Origin: Synechococcus sp.
Lineage (GTDB): Bacteria; Cyanobacteriota; Cyanobacteriia; PCC-6307; Cyanobiaceae
Length of the DNA stretch: 64,000 bases
Assembly: GCA_047284725.1 (NCBI GenBank)
Contig: JBJBEO010000001.1
Coordinates: 856,203 to 920,202, forward strand
Direction: 5' to 3'
The notes under the pieces were generated by a model. It worked only from the letters and a program-made list of their open reading frames with translations. It had not been told where the DNA came from and did not search any database. Shown piece by piece: positions 19,501-28,454 of this stretch. Each line of letters starts with the position of its first letter. Position 1 is the first letter of the stretch. Both the position numbers and the translations under genes were made by a program.

Positions 19501-20589
19501 TCAGGCGGCTAAAGCCAGCTCGAAGTCGGCCGTGTCGGTGCTTTCGCTGCGCTCGAACACCTTGCAGAACACCTTCACCACCCGGTCGCCGGAGTCGACC
19601 TGCTCCAGGGGGTCTTTGCGCAGACGGTGACGCAGGCAGCAACAGGCCACCCGGGCCACATCGTCTTCACTGACCTCGGTGCGGCCCTCGAAGGCAGCCA
19701 GGGCACGGGCGGCACGGTTCGTGACGATGTCGCCACGGAGGCCATCCACATCCAGGTCTCCGCAGACGGCGGAGATGCGTAGACGCAGGTCATCGTCGAT
19801 GCGCACCTGATCGAGGCGCTGCTGAGCGTCCACCACCCGTTGCTGCAAAGCTTGCTGTCCGGCATCAACGCTGGCGCTGAAGGCCTCGGGGTCGGAGTCG
19901 AAGGCTGTGCGTTGATCCACCACCTGCACGCGCAGTTCCGGCTCGCGGACGGTACGCACCTCCACGCTCATGCCGAAGCGGTCGAGCAACTGGGGACGCA
20001 GCTCGCCTTCCTCGGGGTTGCCGGAGCCGATCAGCACAAACCGGGCGGGGTGACGCACCGACACGCCTTCCCGCTCCACGGTGTTCCAGCCGGAGGCGGC
20101 GGAATCGAGCAGCACGTCCACGAGGTGATCGTCGAGCAGGTTGACCTCGTCGACATAGAGCAGGCCGCGGTTGGCCTTCGCCAGCAGGCCGGGTTCGAAG
20201 GCCCGCACACCCTCACTAAGGGCTTTTTCGATATCGATCGTGCCGCACAGGCGATCTTCAGTGGCTCCCAGGGGCAGGTCGACCATCGGCACCTGGCGTT
20301 CCTCGGTCCCCAACGTTTCGCCATGTTCCATCCGTTCCCGAACATCACTGCTCTGCAGATCAGGATCGGTGGGTGAGCTGTTGTAGGGGTCGCCGGCGAC
20401 CACCTCGATGCCGGGCAGAAGATCAGCCAGAGCACGAATGGTGGTGGATTTGCCCGTGCCTCGGTCTCCCATGATCATCACGCCGCCGATCCGTGGATCG
20501 ATCACGTTGAGCAGCAGGGCGAGCTTCATCTCCTCCTGACCGATCACGGCGGTGAAGGGGAAAACCCTGCGCTTACGGGGTGCACTCAC
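19501..20589 (-). CDS. chlI: magnesium chelatase ATPase subunit I
   Basis: FPFTAVIGQEEMKLAL, GDRGTGKST, LYVDEVNLLDDHLVD. Confidence 0.98.
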   Translation of the reverse strand: MSAPRKRRVFPFTAVIGQEEMKLALLLNVIDPRIGGVMIMGDRGTGKSTTIRALADLLPGIEVVAGDPYNSSPTDPDLQSSDVRERMEHGETLGTEERQVPMVDLPLGATEDRLCGTIDIEKALSEGVRAFEPGLLAKANRGLLYVDEVNLLDDHLVDVLLDSAASGWNTVEREGVSVRHPARFVLIGSGNPEEGELRPQLLDRFGMSVEVRTVREPELRVQVVDQRTAFDSDPEAFSASVDAGQQALQQRVVDAQQRLDQVRIDDDLRLRISAVCGDLDVDGLRGDIVTNRAARALAAFEGRTEVSEDDVARVACCCLRHRLRKDPLEQVDSGDRVVKVFCKVFERSESTDTADFELALAA

Positions 20590-22055
20590 GGGCTGACGCT
20601 CAATGATGGAATGGATTGTTTCACAGGCAGGATGGTCAGGACCTGAGGCGGCGTGGCATCGGCGGGATAAATCAAGCGAACACGCACAGCCCGTCGCTCG
20701 CCGGGCCCGAGGCTGACACGACCGAGTTCCGTTCCCGCCAGCCCCTGACGCAGCACCACGTGCAGCAAGCGCCTTCCGCCTGCGCTGCCTGAACTGCTGT
20801 CCATTCCCCTGACTTCCACAGGCCCGCGGAACATCACGGAACTGCGGGGAGGGTCTTGAAACTGCAGGCTGGTGGCTGTGCTCCCACTCTTGATGGGTGA
20901 TTCCAGGCTGATCGCCACCGTGCGGGCTTCAGCGCTGGAATTGAGCAGCGGCAGATGAAGGTCGTATTCCACCCCGTAGTTGCCATGGGCAGCCCAGGCG
21001 GTGCCTGGGCTGAACCGCTGCAATTCGGCGGTTTGCACCTGACCGGTGCCGAGATCGCCCCGCTCGAGGCTGCTGATCGGCCAAGAGATGGGGTGGTTCG
21101 GCAGGGCCAGGGTTGAGCGTTCAGGGTCGGTGACGGTCGCGCTCCAGCGCGTTCCCACCTGGATACCGCTGACGCGGGAGTACACCATCTTTCCGCGGCT
21201 TCCCCGTGGGGTGGGCTTGTGTTCCTTCGGGCTGAGCTGTCCAGACTGCAGCAGCGATTGCCATCGGTTCAGGGGCGGCGGGTTTGATGGGTCTCCCTGC
21301 GCCGCGACTGTGGCGAGGTGCACTGCCCCAGAGCTGCGCAGTCGCAACTGCAGATTGCGCCCATTGAGCAGCGGATCAAGACCCGCCACAGGGATGGGCA
21401 GCACCAGCAGGGTGCTGGCGGCGCCAGGTTGCAGTGTCCAGCGACCGGGGAGTTCCTGGGCGCGATCACCCCGCAGAAGATCACCCGCGACGCGACTGCC
21501 GGGGCCGGAGGCGATCGCTGCGCTGGTCTCAGGCATCACGGCCGGCAGGGGCAGAAACGGGGCTGCTGTCTGCTTGGGCTCCGTCGCCTGTGACAGGGAG
21601 GTGCTGCCTCCCACCAGCTCCAGGGTCACGGGCGATGGACCCACCGGTTGCGCCATCACCGCCAGCCACAGGGTGGAGTCGAGTTGCTCGACGCTGCCGG
21701 CATAGACGTGATGACTGAATAGATCGAAGCGGCCATTGAGGGCCTGATTGAGCCCCGGGCTTTGGGGAAATGTGGACAGCAGGATCCCATCGCCGGTGAT
21801 CAACTCGGGGTTGTTGTCGTTGACAACGAGCACCTGATCAAGGCCGCCAGGCAACGCTCGTACCTCCTGGGGTCGCTGGATCAGGCGTTTGGCAGGCGCT
21901 GTGGCGGCTGCTGAATTCGCCGCGTTGGCGCCCTGTTCAGCAGCAATCACGTTGAGGTCGAGGCCAAACCAGCTGAGGCTCAGGAGGCTGAGACTGAGTG
22001 GCAGCAAGGCCTGGCTGCGGGGTCTCGCGGTCATGGTGCTGCTGCCGTTCGCCAC
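20586..22055 (-). CDS. DUF3370-like protein
   Basis: VRALPGGLD...NDNNPE, FDLFSHH, AHGNYGVEY, YPADATPPQVLT. Confidence 0.8.
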   Translation of the reverse strand: MANGSSTMTARPRSQALLPLSLSLLSLSWFGLDLNVIAAEQGANAANSAAATAPAKRLIQRPQEVRALPGGLDQVLVVNDNNPELITGDGILLSTFPQSPGLNQALNGRFDLFSHHVYAGSVEQLDSTLWLAVMAQPVGPSPVTLELVGGSTSLSQATEPKQTAAPFLPLPAVMPETSAAIASGPGSRVAGDLLRGDRAQELPGRWTLQPGAASTLLVLPIPVAGLDPLLNGRNLQLRLRSSGAVHLATVAAQGDPSNPPPLNRWQSLLQSGQLSPKEHKPTPRGSRGKMVYSRVSGIQVGTRWSATVTDPERSTLALPNHPISWPISSLERGDLGTGQVQTAELQRFSPGTAWAAHGNYGVEYDLHLPLLNSSAEARTVAISLESPIKSGSTATSLQFQDPPRSSVMFRGPVEVRGMDSSSGSAGGRRLLHVVLRQGLAGTELGRVSLGPGERRAVRVRLIYPADATPPQVLTILPVKQSIPSLSVSP

Positions 22056-22072
22056 AGTTCTAGGGGGCCTGC

Positions 22073-23200
22073 TCAGTTCTGGCGGGGAGGTGCCGGTTTT
22101 GGCTTGAGCACGGGTGCCATGGCGGCGGCCATGGCGCGAATCAGCTCCGTGGAGCGGGGATCATTGAACGGACCCTTCACGAGGAAAGCGGCGACGGCCC
22201 GGCTGCCGTCGGGGAGTTCGATCAAGCCGGCGTCGGCGTAGGCGATGCCGATATCACCGGTTTTGTTGAAAACGCGATACCCCTTCACCATCAGGCTCTC
22301 ATCAGGTCGACCCTGTTCTCCCCCCAGGCCTTTGAGCAGTCCGCCGGGGAGAAGTCGGTTGGTCACCGAGGTGCCCATCACCTCGCGGAACAGGTCGCGG
22401 CTGCGGGTGCTGAGGGTTTGGCCTGTGTCGACCAGGGCGATGGTGCGCGCCAGATCGCGGGCGCTGGTGGTGTTGGTCCCCTCCAGGTCAGGCAGCCAGT
22501 TGTTCACCGCCGTGGCGCTGAGGCCGAGGGCATTGAACCGTTCGTTGATCACCTCCTTGCCGCCGACACGCTCGATCAGCAGGTTCGTGGCGGTGTTGTC
22601 GCTGATGCGAATCATTTCGGTGGCCACTTCATGGGTGGGGAAGCGGCTCCCCACAGGCCGGGTGGCCATCCAGCCAGCGCCGCCGCCCACCACCGTCTTG
22701 GTCATGGTGAGGGGCTCGTTCCAGCGCAACCGTCCCTCATCCAGCAGCTCCAGAGTGGCCAGCAGAATCGGTGTTTTGATCGAACTCGCAGCCGGAAGCG
22801 CGGTGTCGGGGCCGAGTTGGGCGTAGCGACCATCGTCGAGGACGAGCATGAAGGCGCTGACCTTGAGGTCCTTCTGCTGCGCAGCCAGCTGGGCCCAGCG
22901 CTTGCTCAGGGTGGTCATTTCCTGGCGCGTTTCGAAGCGGCCCAGGTCATTGCCCCAGGGCTGACTGGTCACCTTGCTGGCAAGGCTGGGTTCAGGGTTG
23001 TTCTTGGCTTGGTCGTCGTTGCTGGGCAGGCTCAACCACTCCGGCAGCTGCAGTTGGCCGGTTTCCACCTGCGGCGCCAGCATCTTGAGGGCGGATCCGG
23101 TGATCACGCCGAGGCCGATGCCCATCAGCATCAAGCGGAGCATCAGGCGCAGGGGTTTGCCCCATCCAGGTTGGTTGCGCTTTGAACGGCCGGTGCTCAC
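22073..23200 (-). CDS. class A beta-lactamase-like serine hydrolase (PBP-A type)
   Basis: SxxK (AASSIK), SDN and KTG motifs; N-terminal TM helix. Confidence 0.9.
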   Translation of the reverse strand: MSTGRSKRNQPGWGKPLRLMLRLMLMGIGLGVITGSALKMLAPQVETGQLQLPEWLSLPSNDDQAKNNPEPSLASKVTSQPWGNDLGRFETRQEMTTLSKRWAQLAAQQKDLKVSAFMLVLDDGRYAQLGPDTALPAASSIKTPILLATLELLDEGRLRWNEPLTMTKTVVGGGAGWMATRPVGSRFPTHEVATEMIRISDNTATNLLIERVGGKEVINERFNALGLSATAVNNWLPDLEGTNTTSARDLARTIALVDTGQTLSTRSRDLFREVMGTSVTNRLLPGGLLKGLGGEQGRPDESLMVKGYRVFNKTGDIGIAYADAGLIELPDGSRAVAAFLVKGPFNDPRSTELIRAMAAAMAPVLKPKPAPPRQN

Positions 23201-23227
23201 CAGGGTTTGCGGAAGTGTGGCCAGAGA

Positions 23228-24004
23228 TTAGGGGCGGTGTTGCCGAACCGCCCAACGCAGCTGACGCACCATCCCCCTGAGCAGAGCCACTTCGTCGGCG
23301 CGGATCAGTCCTCGCTGCAGAAGCCCGCGCACCTTGGCCATGCGGGCCCTTGCGGTGTGATCCAGCAGGAAGCCCACCTCCAGCAGCAACTCCTGGGCGT
23401 CGATGAGACAGGCTTCGAGAACTTTTGGGCCGGCTGGCTCGCCGTCCGGCTCGGGACTGCCTTCAGGTCCGGTGGAGGCTGATGGCTGGATTTGTTCGGG
23501 GTTCAGGGCCGCTGCTCGAAGTCGTGCCACTTCATGCAGCATCACGGCAACGGCATGGGAGAGATTGAGAGATGGATATTTGTCATCGCTGTGCAGGCAG
23601 ATCACCCGCTGGCTGAGCAGCAATTCCTCGTTGGTGAGGCCGTGGTCTTCTCGTCCGAACACCAGGGCCTGGGGCTTCGCTGAGCGACCGCTGATCATCC
23701 ACGGCAGCACCGCCTCGGGCGGGCCAAGGGGAATGCTGCCGTGGTCGAGCCGGCCGGCGGTGGTCACCACCCGGCTGCAGTCGCTCACGGCCTCCAGCAG
23801 CGTGGGATAAAGGCGAGCTGCGTCGAGCACCGGCCGTCCATGCACGGCCATGCGTTGCGCTTCCGGGGCCTTGGGATCACAGCGCGGTGCCACCAGGCGC
23901 AGGTCATCGACCCCGAAGTTGGCGCAGAGTCGGGCGACACTCCCCACATTCAGCGGGCCTGCGGGCTCGACCAGCACCACGCAAAGAGGTGCCATTGCCA
24001 TCAC
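23228..24004 (-). CDS. SPOUT RNA methyltransferase, TrmJ/LasT family
   Basis: VVLVEPAGPLNVGSVAR, VFGREDHGLTNEEL, YPSLNLSHAV. Confidence 0.92.
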   Translation of the reverse strand: MMAMAPLCVVLVEPAGPLNVGSVARLCANFGVDDLRLVAPRCDPKAPEAQRMAVHGRPVLDAARLYPTLLEAVSDCSRVVTTAGRLDHGSIPLGPPEAVLPWMISGRSAKPQALVFGREDHGLTNEELLLSQRVICLHSDDKYPSLNLSHAVAVMLHEVARLRAAALNPEQIQPSASTGPEGSPEPDGEPAGPKVLEACLIDAQELLLEVGFLLDHTARARMAKVRGLLQRGLIRADEVALLRGMVRQLRWAVRQHRP

Positions 24005-24399
24005 TCGTCAGCCGTGAACGACTCAAGGTGGGCGAGCAGATCGGCCATCTCCTGAGGGACCACTTCAAAGCGAGGCATCGGCGGGGTTGCTCCACTCACC
24101 ACCTGATGGATGATCTGTGGATCACTGAGCCGGTTACTCACGCCCCGGAGGCTGGGGCCGACCAGTCCCTGGCCGGCGATGCCATGGCAGCCAGCGCAGT
24201 TGATTCGGAACAACAAGCCGCCGTGTTCGGCATCACCATCGAGGGAACGGGTGGCGATCACATAGGGATTGCGAGCGGAGCTGCCCATCACCCAGAGCAT
24301 CAGCACCACACAGGCGAGGGCCGCCAAGGTGATCAAGCCAGCGATCAGTCCTCGCCGCCGTGGCTCCGTTGCTGCAGCAGTTGATGACGGAGCGGTCAC
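24001..24399 (-). CDS. cytM: cytochrome cM
   Basis: TM helix, NCAGCHG heme motif, GPSL, PPMP; divergent from petG. Confidence 0.88.
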
Positions 24400-24455
24400 G
24401 ATTGCGTCGAAGCCATGGAACAATTGTGATCAAGTTTTCCATTGGGCGCGACACC

Positions 24456-24569
24456 ATGATCGAACCCCTGCTCTGCGGCATCGTGCTGGGTCTGATCCCT
24501 GTCACCCTTTTGGGCCTGTTTGTGGCAGCTTGGAACCAATACCGACGTGGCAGTGCTCTGGGGGGCTGA
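24456..24569 (+). CDS. petG: cytochrome b6f subunit V
   Basis: [32 protein letters not shown]. Confidence 0.97.
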
Positions 24570-25131
24570 GAAACAGCACGCCACTGCTGCCATAGCGGCG
24601 TTGATCCAGATCCCGCCATCCTTCTGGGATGGCGGGTTTTTGTTTGTCGGCGTGCTCGCACAGCACGAGTGCATCAGGCCTTAGCCACTGGCCACTCACC
24701 AGGGCAGCAAGGCCGCGGCTGTAGAGGTTCGAGGCGTAGGGGGGGTCGAAATAGACCAGATCGAAGCCCGGATCGTCGTCAGGACGGCCATGCTCCAGCC
24801 ATGGGACGAGATCCCGCTGGACTACTACGATCTGAGCTGGTTCAGGCTGGCCTGTTGCTGTTGCGTTCAGATTGCTACGGCAGATGGCAGCTGCGCCGCT
24901 CTGCCGTTCAACGGCCACAACCCGCAGGGCGCCGCGCTGAAGGGCTTCGCACCCCATCACGCCGCTACCGCTGCAGAGATCGAGCCAATGGGACCCTCGC
25001 AGACGCTGCCCCAGAATGTTCATTACAGCCTCGCGGACCCTGGCGGTGGTGGGCCTGGTGTCGTCCCCTTTGGGGCTGCGTAGTTTGCGCCCCCCCGTCA
25101 GTCGTAACTGCGCCTGGCCTGGTTTGCTCAC
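24502..25131 (-). CDS. rsmD: 16S rRNA (guanine966-N2) methyltransferase
   Basis: [27 protein letters not shown]. Confidence 0.93.
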
Positions 25132-25763
25132 CGAGGTAAAGGGGCACCGTTGTCGAGCCAGGCGAGCCAGCGTTGCAGCAGGCGTTGACCGGCTTCACCT
25201 GATTTCTCTGGGTGAAACTGGCATGCACCCAGCCTGCGGCTCCAGACGGCTGCTGTCGCTGGAGACTGGCCGAATGGGGCCGTGGCGGTGAGGACGGACG
25301 CGTCGGTGGGATGGGCGGCGTAGGAGTGCACGAAGTACATCCATTCCTGATCGTGCTCAGAGCTCAACAGGGGTGAAGGAGTACAGGGCTGCAGGCGGGC
25401 CCAGCCCATGTGAGGAATGCGCTCGCCTTGATCATCCGGCAGTTTCTCCACCCGGCCAGGCAGGAGACCAAGACCGGGGCTGCTGCCTTCTGCGCTGCTG
25501 TCGAACAACAACTGCAAGCCAAGACAAATGCCGAGCAGGGGCCTGTCGTCGGTATGCCAACGCTGCAGATCGGGGACAAGGCCGGTGGCCGTGAGACGGG
25601 CCATTGCAGGGTCAAAGGACCCAACGCCAGGCAGGATCAGGGCATCGCAATGATCGAGGTCGCTGGGGTGGTGGACTGCAAGAAGGTCCACGCCAAAACG
25701 ACGAAAGGCAACCTGCACCGAGTGCAGATTGCCCATTCCGTAATCGATGAGACCGATCGTCAA
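25128..25763 (-). CDS. hisH: imidazole glycerol phosphate synthase glutaminase subunit
   Basis: IDYGMGNLHSV, LPGVG, GICLG, PHMGW, YFVHSY, QFHPEKS. Confidence 0.97.
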   Translation of the reverse strand: MTIGLIDYGMGNLHSVQVAFRRFGVDLLAVHHPSDLDHCDALILPGVGSFDPAMARLTATGLVPDLQRWHTDDRPLLGICLGLQLLFDSSAEGSSPGLGLLPGRVEKLPDDQGERIPHMGWARLQPCTPSPLLSSEHDQEWMYFVHSYAAHPTDASVLTATAPFGQSPATAAVWSRRLGACQFHPEKSGEAGQRLLQRWLAWLDNGAPLPR

Positions 25764-25777
25764 GTTGACGACTGCAA

Positions 25778-26101
25778 TCAGAGGTACTTAGAGATCGTGC
25801 CAGAGAGGGTTGCCTTGGGCACGGCACCGACAACGGTGTCGACCTTCTGACCACCTTTGAACACCATCAGGGTGGGAATGCTGCGGATGCCGTATTGGCT
25901 GGCGACGTTGGGGTTCTCGTCGGTGTTCAGTTTGAAGACCTTGATCTTGCCTTCGAACTCCTTGGAGATTTCGTCCACGATCGGAGCCACCATGCGGCAA
26001 GGGCCGCACCATGGTGCCCAGAAATCCACCAGAACAGGAACATCGCTCTGAAGCACGTCCTGTTCGAAGGAAGCGTCGGTAACGGCAGCAGCGCTAGACA
26101 T
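25778..26101 (-). CDS. trxA: thioredoxin
   Basis: WAPWCGPC active site. Confidence 0.98.
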   Translation of the reverse strand: MSSAAAVTDASFEQDVLQSDVPVLVDFWAPWCGPCRMVAPIVDEISKEFEGKIKVFKLNTDENPNVASQYGIRSIPTLMVFKGGQKVDTVVGAVPKATLSGTISKYL

Positions 26102-26209
26102 TCACGTGTCTGAATTGATGGGTTGAAACTTAGCAACGGTTTCGCCGCAATCCCAGGGATCCCGCTCGTTTTGAGGGGAACTGTGATCTGCTGGGCCTGC
26201 CTTGAAGAC

Positions 26210-26271
26210 AAAAAGCCCGAACGCGTCGGGCCGGGGGGTGTGAGGAGTGTGCAGGCCGAAGAGGCCTCCAC
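26210..26271 (-). ncRNA. yfr1: Yfr1 small RNA
   Basis: Minus strand reads hairpin (AGGCCTCTTCGGCCT), then ACTCCTCACAC (26248-26238), then terminator GCCCGACGCGTTCGGGC-TTTTT. It lies between guaB and trxA. TAATGT -10-like box at 26283-26278. Ends approximate. Confidence 0.9.
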
Positions 26272-26331
26272 CCTCGAACATTACCGCCTGTCTCAGGTGG
26301 TCTCGGCCTCCGTAGACAGGCGTCGGTCTGC

Positions 26332-27495
26332 TTACTTGCCCATGCCCAGTTGCTGGGCTTTTTGATACACCTTGCCTTCCGTGAGTAGGGAGGGAGCGAC
26401 CACCACCTCCACCTGCTGCATCTCTTTGATCGTGCGAGCACCAAGGGTGCCCATGGAAGTTTTGAGGCAACCCAGGAGATTGTGCGTGCCGTCGTCGAGC
26501 TTGGCGGGGCCTCTGAGAATGCGCTCAAGGCTGCCGGTACTTCCCACGTTGATCCGGGTGCCACGGGGAAGCACAGGGCTTGGCGTGGCCATTCCCCAGT
26601 GGAAGCCGCGTCCAGGAGCCTCTTCGGCACGGGCAATGGGTGAACCGATCATCACGGCGTCGGCACCGCAGGCGATGCATTTGCAGATGTCTCCACCGGT
26701 GACGATGCCGCCATCAGCCACGATCGGAACATAACGACCACTTTCTTTCTGATAGTCGTCCCGTGCTGCGGCGCAGTCGGCTACCGCGGTGGCTTGCGGG
26801 ATTCCAACACCCAGAACACCACGGGATGTGCAAGCGGCACCTGGACCAATCCCCACCATCACACCGGCAGCACCAGCACGCATCAATTCAAGGGCGACGT
26901 CGTAGGTGACGCAATTGCCGATCACCACCGGCATGCCCATGTCACGGCAGAGGGCGGCAAGGTCGAGGGTTTCCTGACCAGCTGGCCCGATGTGGTTTGT
27001 TGACACCACAGTCGCTTGAACGAAGAAGAGATCGGCGCCGGCTTCAGCAATGGCTTTGCCAAAGCGAAGGGCGGCCACAGGGGTACCGCTCACAGCCGCG
27101 ATGCCGCCCTGGGCCTTGATGTCTTGGATCCGCTTGCGGATCAAGCTCTCCTGCACTGGCTGGCTGTAGATCTCCTGCATCAGGGGGACGAATTCGTCCT
27201 TGCCCACAGAGGCGATGCGGTCGAGAACAGCATTCGGATCGTCGTAGCGAGTCTGAACGCCCTCCAGGTTGATCACACCAAGGGCGCCAAGCTGGGACAG
27301 TTTCACGGCCATGCCCACATCGACAACGCCGTCCATGGCGCTGGCGATGATCGGGATCTCCCGTTCGATACCGCCGAGGCTCCAGCCGGTATCGGTGACC
27401 TCAGGATCAACAGTGCGTCCGCCTGGCACCAGGGCGATCTCGTCGATGCCATAGGCCCGGCGGACAACTTTGGAGCGACCAAGCTGAATGTTCAC
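26332..27495 (-). CDS. guaB: IMP dehydrogenase family protein (GuaB3 type, no CBS domains)
   Basis: [30 protein letters not shown]. Confidence 0.95.
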   Translation of the reverse strand: MNIQLGRSKVVRRAYGIDEIALVPGGRTVDPEVTDTGWSLGGIEREIPIIASAMDGVVDVGMAVKLSQLGALGVINLEGVQTRYDDPNAVLDRIASVGKDEFVPLMQEIYSQPVQESLIRKRIQDIKAQGGIAAVSGTPVAALRFGKAIAEAGADLFFVQATVVSTNHIGPAGQETLDLAALCRDMGMPVVIGNCVTYDVALELMRAGAAGVMVGIGPGAACTSRGVLGVGIPQATAVADCAAARDDYQKESGRYVPIVADGGIVTGGDICKCIACGADAVMIGSPIARAEEAPGRGFHWGMATPSPVLPRGTRINVGSTGSLERILRGPAKLDDGTHNLLGCLKTSMGTLGARTIKEMQQVEVVVAPSLLTEGKVYQKAQQLGMGK

Positions 27496-27590
27496 CGCAA
27501 GCCAATGAAAGATCCGGTCAAGCTAACAAGCGGCCACGGCCGACCTGGTGAGCCGGAACCCTCTAGGCAGTCGCGATCTGGCGTTGATGT

Positions 27591-28316
27591 TCAGCTCTTG
27601 CCACCGGTGAAGGCACGCCAGCCCTGGCGCAGGCCTTCGATCACTTGACGGCGCTCGTCACTGCGCACCAAGCGTGTGGCTGAAAACGAGATGGCTGAGC
27701 AGAGACCCACCAGCTCCAGCAGCCGTGGCGCTAAGGGAATGGCGCCGATGGCACTCAAAAGACCGGAATACACCTTCAGGATCAGGAGTAGGCCAATGAA
27801 GATGGCCAGCAGTCGCAGAGGTTGACGAGCCCGATTGATCTGCTCGCCGATGTCGTTGGCGTCAAACCAGTCTTTGATCTTCGCGGTGAGCAGATCCCAT
27901 TCACCGCCCTGACTGGTGGCGTTGCTGTTGGGTTGGCCTCCAGGGATCGTGATGCGCTCTGCAATCGCCGGATCAGCGGGAGGGGACGCCGGCGCGGGAG
28001 GGCTTGGTGGAATGGAGGCCGTTGAGGCCGCCTGGGTCGTGACTGCGGCGGCGTTGACCTCCGCAGCGGATGCCAGATGAGGTTCAGCCTCGATGCTTGC
28101 GGTGGTCGGTGCCGGCGTTGTGGTTTCGCTCAAGGCCTCGATCGCTGAAGGACTCGAGGCTGTTTCCTGCTGAAGGGCATCCTCGCCATCGGCAGGAGAG
28201 TCGGCTTGAACGGTTTGATGAGACGACGCGTCTTGATTGGCGCTGTCATTGGCCGTTGAAGAGCTTGCCGATGAGGGCGCCGTCTCTTGGTTGGAGAGAT
28301 TGAAGTCGGAGCTCAT
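27591..28316 (-). CDS. CAAD/CurT-like thylakoid membrane protein with long low-complexity N-terminus
   Basis: ATG at 28316; C-terminal GGEWDLL, TM helix, AIGAIPLAPRLLELVG, LVRSDERR. Confidence 0.8.
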   Translation of the reverse strand: MSSDFNLSNQETAPSSASSSTANDSANQDASSHQTVQADSPADGEDALQQETASSPSAIEALSETTTPAPTTASIEAEPHLASAAEVNAAAVTTQAASTASIPPSPPAPASPPADPAIAERITIPGGQPNSNATSQGGEWDLLTAKIKDWFDANDIGEQINRARQPLRLLAIFIGLLLILKVYSGLLSAIGAIPLAPRLLELVGLCSAISFSATRLVRSDERRQVIEGLRQGWRAFTGGKS

Positions 28317-28385
28317 CGCAGCACGCTTTTTCCGCGGCGAGCTTAAGGGCACCAGGCCAGGACGACCTTGCCCTTTCCATGAATC

Positions 28386-28403
28386 GGTATTGATTGCAAT
28401 ACC
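28386..28403. promoter_or_regulatory. palindrome GGTATTG-N4-CAATACC in a divergent promoter region
   Basis: Perfect 7-bp inverted repeat between the CAAD gene and gyrA starts. Confidence 0.35.
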
Positions 28404-28454
28404 TGGTAAGTCGAGACCTGCCGCGATAAAGTTGCTGAGGCTTTTAGGTCTTGT

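Noticed and set aside
28386..28403. NtcA binding site
   Set aside because: Spacing is GTA-N10-TAC, not N8.
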